Origin: Octopus sinensis
Taxonomy: Eukaryota
Direction of reading: 5' to 3'
Length of the DNA: 60,390 nucleotides
NCBI RefSeq assembly: GCF_006345805.1
Contig: NW_021835015.1
Location: 1-60,390, forward strand
Below the pieces are notes generated by a model that saw only the letters and a program-made list of their open reading frames with translations, was not told where the DNA came from and did not search any database. Position 1 is the first letter of the stretch, and every line of letters begins with the position of its first letter. A program made the translations under genes and the position numbers. Below, piece after piece: positions 53,336-60,390 of this stretch.

Positions 53336-55380
53336 TCTAATGCAAGTATGAGTACAAATCCTAAATAATTTACATATAGATATAAATATGAGTGCATACA
53401 TACTCATATTCTTACATAAATATATATACACACAATAATACAATATAAACAATATACATCAATATACATCAACAAACACAATAATGTTCCATATTGAACT
53501 CCACAGCTCCTCAACCAACATCAAGAAACCACAACAGACACACTCACACTCAATGCAGTTAAACAGTTCAATATATTAAACAGTTCAATATATTAAACAG
53601 TTCAATATATTAAAATGTGTCACTTCACAAAAGGCCAATAAAGTTAATACCACCACCATAATACCATCCAAGGCAAGTGGATATCTGCATATATATGCAA
53701 TCAGTTAAATTCCTCTGTTTGCATGTTATAAATTTTCACAGATGCATTCGATTGGCCTATACTTTTAAATTTGAATTACAATAGATATTTTACGGTTAGT
53801 TAGCTAGGAAACATACACACGCGCACGCACATCCACAAAACGTGCGCACATACAGACATAGTCATATGTTTACACGCACACACCCACACACATACACACA
53901 TACACACAGACATACCCACATACACAACCAAATCATAAATAAATAAATAAATAACATAAGAGGTACTATCCCAACTATACACTAAGTGTTTACAAACAGA
54001 TCCACTCACATATGTCCATAAATCCGTAAATGCAATCATACATATAATTATACCTAGATGGAGAGTGTAATTTGTCATAAGGTACATAATTCATGTGACA
54101 CCGTATTTTTCGTAAACAAATATTTTAGAACTAAAAATGTCCGCATCATTACCGCTATGTTTCATTCAAATATTTACTAAATTATAAAATATAGAATACC
54201 CGTTTATGTTTGTCTATCAAAAGACATAAAAATACATATATACTAAGTTAACAGAGGTTTATAATAATTAAATTATAAGAAATTATTGTAAAAAGTCAAA
54301 ATACGCTAATATTCTAAGATATATAATCAAAATAACTCCTTATAACTTATACAGATAACTCCACTACGTAAGAAGTCTAGTATTATTACATTACTATTAT
54401 ATTCCTATTTAAACCATCACCAACGAACTAATAGAATTATACTCACATCTACATATCCATATGTATACTCATATGTAACAACAAACATATATATACTATA
54501 TATTTTCACATATGATGTGTATGTAAACATTCGTAGTACTTATATATATATATTTTTAAGTATCAGTGAACACATAAATACATATATAATAATTAACAGG
54601 ATTTAGCATTAAATATCAGTGGACGTATAAATACATATATAGTAATTAACAGGACTTACCAATAAATAGTATATAAGTAAATAATTATAAATTAAATTAA
54701 TTATAAGTTAATAATTGTTATTACTTAAAATTAAAATGTAATAAAATAAAATAAGATGAAATAATTAAAAATAAAAATGAAAATATAAGTAAAAACATGT
54801 ATATATATATATATATTAATAAAAAATGGATATGTATGTATATATCTACGTATAAATAAATGAATAAATAAATAGATAAATACCATAAAATACAAATTAA
54901 GATAAATACAAAGATAAACTTAATATATAATACTGCTAATATGTATATATCCACATATACATAAATGAATAGATAAATAGATAACTAACATAAAATGAAA
55001 TAAAAATATACATTAAAATGAGTACATAGATAAACTTAGTATACAGGCTGCTAATATGTAAATATTTACATATAAATAAATGAATAAATAAATAGATAAA
55101 TAACATAAAGTACAAATCAAGATGAGTACAAATATAAACTAAATATATAAGACTGCTAATATGTATAAAGCCACATATAAGTAAATGAATAAATAACATA
55201 AGATACAAATTAAGATGAGTACAAAGATAAACTTAATATATAATATATAATACTGCCAAATAAATACCTGCAAAACCCCATATACTCATCCAAAACAAAC
55301 AATGTACATTCAATAATGACCACAAGTACAATCAAATGTAGAGGAAAGTTAAAATATTACTAGTAGAAAAGCTAAGTTCT

Positions 55381-57294
55381 ATTTAAATCTAGAGAAAGTA
55401 TACGCTAGTTTATGAAGGCAAAAAAAATCTGCTCGTTAATATTATTTATAATAGGCATTCCAGCTTTGATGATGAAAAAAATTTCATTAATACATAGAGA
55501 GCATTTTTTATTTTTACTATTATATACAGGTGCAGAAGTTAGTATTTTCCAATTTAATTTAAAATCTATGTTCTTACTTTTGAGTTCCCAAATATATGCA
55601 CTTAACCCCGTAGAGTACATCCTATTTTTTATTTCTAAAAGTATATCTATGATAATTAAGTCTCTGTTTCATGCTATTCATAGTTGCTCCGATGTATACC
55701 CTACTGCTATATTGTGTATCCACAGTGCATTGATAAACTACCTCTTTATTGAGGCATTGATTACCAAACACACATTGATTCCTGTTTCTGAAATTACAGT
55801 TATCAACAGGTTGGGGTAATCTAACATTGGCCAAAATTTCTGTAACTATATTCCCATTAATAGTGTTATAATTATTTTTACTATCCAATCCTAAATTCAA
55901 CGAGTGATTGCATTTATTATTATTGGCGTTATTGGTGGTAGTGGTATCATCTATTACAGTAATATTTTTCCTTACAGGTACGGTACTATCATAATTTGCA
56001 AGAGGGTTGTTCACGTTAGCTCCAAAAGATATATTGTCCCTACGATTATAGAGAGGCAAATTACTATTATCTAAATTTAACTTTCTATCATTATAGAAGC
56101 AATCCAGTTTCCTGTTATTAAATGAGGAGATGATAGTGGCTAAATTATGTGTAATGCTATAACCTATTCAACAGTTCTATTGTTAATTAATTGACCAAAT
56201 TTATTCCTACCCTTAACAAAGAGCCTAAATACTATATATTGTGCAAAGCTCTAACTATATCTGTTTTTATCTGCAATGCATATGGGATTATCAGCCATAG
56301 TGTATCCTTATCAGTATTTGGGTTGCCTATCAAATTGTTATTTTTAGTAAAAACCTTGTTCCTCCTCCATCCCATATGTTTACTATCCTTAACATTGTCA
56401 TTGTCATGCCTATCATTATCAATATTACCGTAATTATTATTGCGTAAATAAACTTTACTATTATCATACATACCATTAGTTTTGATATGCATATTAAAAA
56501 TTTTACTACCATCACTTATGTGCGCTAATTTATTTAAACTAACGTCAACAGCTCCGAAATTACCAACACCTATATAATTATCATATGCGTTTTTATATAT
56601 CCTATTTTTCCTTATCCTACAGTTGTTATTGTTTGTCCTAAATTTATTGGTGTTGTTCGTAATAGTTCCACCTGTATTTGAAGGATTAGTTTTGGGTATA
56701 TACCAAATTTTACTTTTGTAGCCTGCTTTCAGCAATGCTGTATTATATCTATCACAATGCTAATTAAATATGTCTCCGTTTGAGGATAGATAAGAGATTC
56801 TCTGACTAATGCTACGCACTAGTGACCTTTTAATTTGAGGGGGGTGATTGCTAGAACTGTTTATATATACTAAATTAGAATTGGGGTTAATATAAGGTTC
56901 ATGTATCCCATTAGTAAGGTTGCAATTGACATCCAAATAATTGGCAGGATAATTTTCATTTTCAATAATTATGGATAGGCCAAAACTTTTAAAAAATTTA
57001 TGTAGTTTTTTTTTTAGTAGGTCCAGTCTCCTATTTGATGTATTATTTACCAAAAATAAAGCGTCATCCCTATATAGTCCTCCTTTTAATTCAGGGAATT
57101 CCCTACTAAGGTTATCGAGTAAATACATCCCAACCAAATCAGTCACTTCCGCTGAATCCGGCAATCCCATGGTGATGTCGAATAAATTGGGTGTGTCTTT
57201 TCTGGCCCAAAGTTTGTTATCAAACTCTATTAATGTTTTTCTAGCTGTTAAGATAACCCTAATCTCCCCCATACTTAATTTGGTGTGTCTCCTA
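55381..57294 (-). pseudogene. PLE-B copy 2 RT + GIY-YIG ORF, frameshifted
   Basis: GLYRDD, NYLDV, CNFRNRNQC..C, YIG, KCSLCINE. Confidence 0.88.
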
Positions 57295-57322
57295 TTGCAC
57301 TATTAGATTAATATAAATTAAT

Positions 57323-60300
57323 ATAATTAGATAGATAGATAGATAGATAAAATATCAAGAATGTCCAGAACCTGGAAACGTGACGAACTGGCGTGGTTCC
57401 TGCGAGGATGGCAATGCGCTGACGGAGAAATCCAAAAATATAATTACGGCTGCGCTGAGAAACAACAACGGAAACGCGTCCAAACAACGGATACAAAAGA
57501 CGTCAGCTCAAATAGAGCGGAGAAGCAAGAATTTATACGCTCTTACGCACTTGTCAGATCGCACATTAAAACGCTGGATGCCATTTTTGACAGCGAAAAA
57601 CGCGAACAAAGTAAAGATAGCAAGGATAGAGACGCGGGCGCTGATGAGGAGGGTCACCCCCACCTGGTAGACGCCCAGGAAGAAAACTCCAGTGAGAGGC
57701 CTGCCGGGAGATGAACCCAGGTGCGGATGCTCCTACCAGTACCAAAAGCCATGGACATGGAGATGAAAAAACCAAAAAAAGGAAGAAAAAACTGAAGCTA
57801 AAACTCAGACAAAGCCAAGGGGCAAGGCAGCCAGGGATAGAGGCAAACCTAACTATCCATATGCCAAAAAGGATGGAAACAAGCAGCGCACACGGGTATG
57901 TAGGTTCTACCTGAAAGGTGCCTGCCGGCATGGAGAGGAAGGTGCAGGCTGCCGCTTTGCACATCCGGACCCTGCCACAGAAACCAACCACCGAAAGGAA
58001 ATGGGATGGACCACGCATCACCTGCCCCAAAAACGGAGGTACGCAGATGTGGTGCGTGCCACAAACCACCAACGTGTTGTTGAAAGGGCAGCTGCTGAGC
58101 AGGAATCTTTTTTGTGCATGGCACAAAAGATTGTACAGCAGCTAACCTGGCTCCATCAGGCTCAGGCTCGCAGATGGAACTGCCCACAGTTCACAAGACC
58201 GCCACAGCAGATGGACCCAGGGTGGACACCACCGGCAACAGCATACACCTCACCTCGATGCTCCTACTGAACATCAGAGGACTACTAACACACAGTAACA
58301 GGACAAAAGTCCCGTTCCTGAGAGACTTTGTCGCATGCAATCAAGCCTTATGCATAGCACTCACGGAAACGCATCTGAAACCGGACATAGCAGATGCGGA
58401 ATTACACATACCACAGTATGTTGTACTACGGACCGACAGAAAAGAAAGGAGTCATGGAGGAGTTGCTATGTACATCCGTGAGGACCTCACACCCCAGGTC
58501 CTTTTGTCATACTCAAACTCGGTGTGTGACACACTAATTGTACACATAAGGCAACTTGATGTAGTTGTGTGTGCTACATATCGCCCTCCAGATGCCCCAA
58601 GTCATATGGGCAAGTTTGAGGACTGCCTTTTAAAGATAGAAGAAGTTCTAATCACATTAGAACAACACATAAGTGTACTTCTCATGGGAGACTTCAATCT
58701 ATCCAATGTCAGATGGCCCGAGGGCCTTTCTCTCCAGGAATGACAAGATGTGAACGAGGACAGGCGAGGTCCCTCCTGAACCTCATCAACACCCGTACAT
58801 GGAGCAAGTATACTCCAACCAACCAGAGCAGGTAACACACTGGATCTCTGCTTCACAAATAATAGGATCTCATCCATAATGTGAAAGTGACACCGACACT
58901 ACTCTCGGATCAAAACATGGTAGAGCTGACCATGTACGGGCCAAAAGAGAGCACGGACATGCAGCCTACAAGAAACCCTCAGAATCTTTCCAGCTTGAAC
59001 TTCAATAAGGCAAACTGGAAACAAATTGAGAAAGAGATCCTCAAACAAAACTGGCCTGAATGTCTCTCCTCGCCGGACATCGAATGATACTTCAACAATT
59101 CATGTCTGTAATGCAAGCCATATGCTACAAATGTGTCCCAGAGAGAAAGGCCACTGTACACAAGAACAAAATCCCCAGAGAGAGGAAAATTTTAATGAGA
59201 CGGCGTACAAAAATTTCAAATCGCCTAAACAAACAAATTGAAGCAGTGAAAAGTCCCGCCTGAAAATAAAACTGTTGGAAATTGAAAATTGTCTGCAACT
59301 CTCCCATGAGAAGGAAGGAGCAGACAAAGAAGCCTGGGCTATAGACAACATAAAAACTAACCCCAGAGCTTTCTATAGGTATGCCAAAGAAACAGCTACG
59401 GTGCACTGTAGGATAGGGCCACTCCTTGAAAAGGATGGCACACTCACAGGAAAACCAATGAGGGTAAGTGAAATACTGAATGTACAATTCAAAAGTGTTT
59501 TCACTCCACCCCTTGGGCATTTCCAAATCAGCAATCCAACTGACTTCTTTACCACTGCAGATATAGAATCAGAGGCGGCGACGATAAATTACATCGATAT
59601 AAAGGAAGACGATGTAATAAAGGCTATAGATGAAATGAAAACAGACTCAGCTATTGGCCCCGATGGATTCCCGGCAATCCTCCTAAAAGTATGTAAGAGA
59701 GTCCTAGCAAGACCACTGCAGTTCCTCTTTCAGAGCTTCCTTGCAGCTGGCAAACTTCCAAGAAACTGAAGGAAGGTAAAATATGCCCTATTCATAAAGG
59801 AGGTAGCAGAGCGGAGGCCAAGAACTACAGACCTATCCCTCTGACCTCACACATCAGCAAGGTCATGGAACGAATAGTCAGAAGGAAACTAATCACCTCC
59901 TTGAAGAAATGACTTGCTGCCTGACACCCAACATGGTTTCCGACCAGGAAGAAGCTGCTTAACTCAGCTCCTGCAACACTATGACTGGGTGCTGAAACAA
60001 CTGCTCAACCACTCAAATGTGGAAGTCATATCTCGACTTCGCAAAGGCCTTCGATAAAGTCGATCATGGAATGATATGTCACAAACTGCGTGATCTTGGC
60101 ATAGTTGGAAAACTAGGAGAATGGCTTCATGACTTTCTGAAGAATAGAAGTCAGGTGGTACAGCCAATGTGGCCACTTCCATTAGCACGCAAATAGTGAG
60201 CAGGTTCCGCAGGGCACTGTTCTGGGACCACTACTGTTCATAATGGCCCTCTCAGACATGCCCTCAGCCACGCAGAGAGCCACGATCACAAGTTATGCAG

Positions 60301-60390
60301 ATGATACAAAAGTTTCACAGGACACTACAGAACCCTGAAGACACTAAGCACCTGCAATGTGAGCTGGACGAAATATACAAGTGGGCTGAA
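57323..60390 (+). mobile_element. CR1-group LINE copy 2 (runs off the window end), more heavily frameshifted
   Basis: Collinear with 1841-4920: MSRTWKRDEL.., CCCH region, LLLNIRGL, RT up to YADD. Confidence 0.93.

Larger units (their letters stand above)
53030..57294 (-). mobile_element. Penelope-like element family B, copy 2 (5'-truncated, uninterrupted 3' UTR)
   Basis: ORF pieces 56760-57272, 56232-56735 and 55622-56059 are homologous to copy 1; ~2.3-kb 3' UTR ends in (TA)n. Confidence 0.92.

Overview
AT-rich, repeat-saturated eukaryotic DNA, most likely an octopus or other cephalopod (inferred from the tRNA-type SINEs and dense (TA)n tracts). I found no recognisable host gene. Contents: two long copies and two fragments of a CR1-group LINE (APE+RT; ORF1 with a Myb/trihelix-like N-terminus and a CCCH finger); five or six Penelope-like element (PLE) lineages, several in fold-back arrangements; about ten minimal hammerhead ribozyme (HHR) motifs, folded by hand, at PLE ends; a decayed RTE LINE; a HERO-like fragment; two mariners; a maT fragment; a Buster-type hAT; two non-autonomous Helitron-like elements; a solo LTR; SINEs and MITEs. 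The main observation is a pair of ~97-bp GG-terminated inverted repeats (16178-16273 and 46958-47055) flanked by an identical 8-bp duplication, TTTATAAT. They enclose a Merlin/ISXO2 transposase remnant plus ~29 kb of other, partly older-looking repeats, and they split one Penelope element whose paralogue at 53-57 kb shows the empty site. This may be a 30.9-kb Merlin-bounded composite or macro-transposition. Many frameshifts are single-base homopolymer indels and may be long-read consensus errors. All alignments and folds were done by eye.
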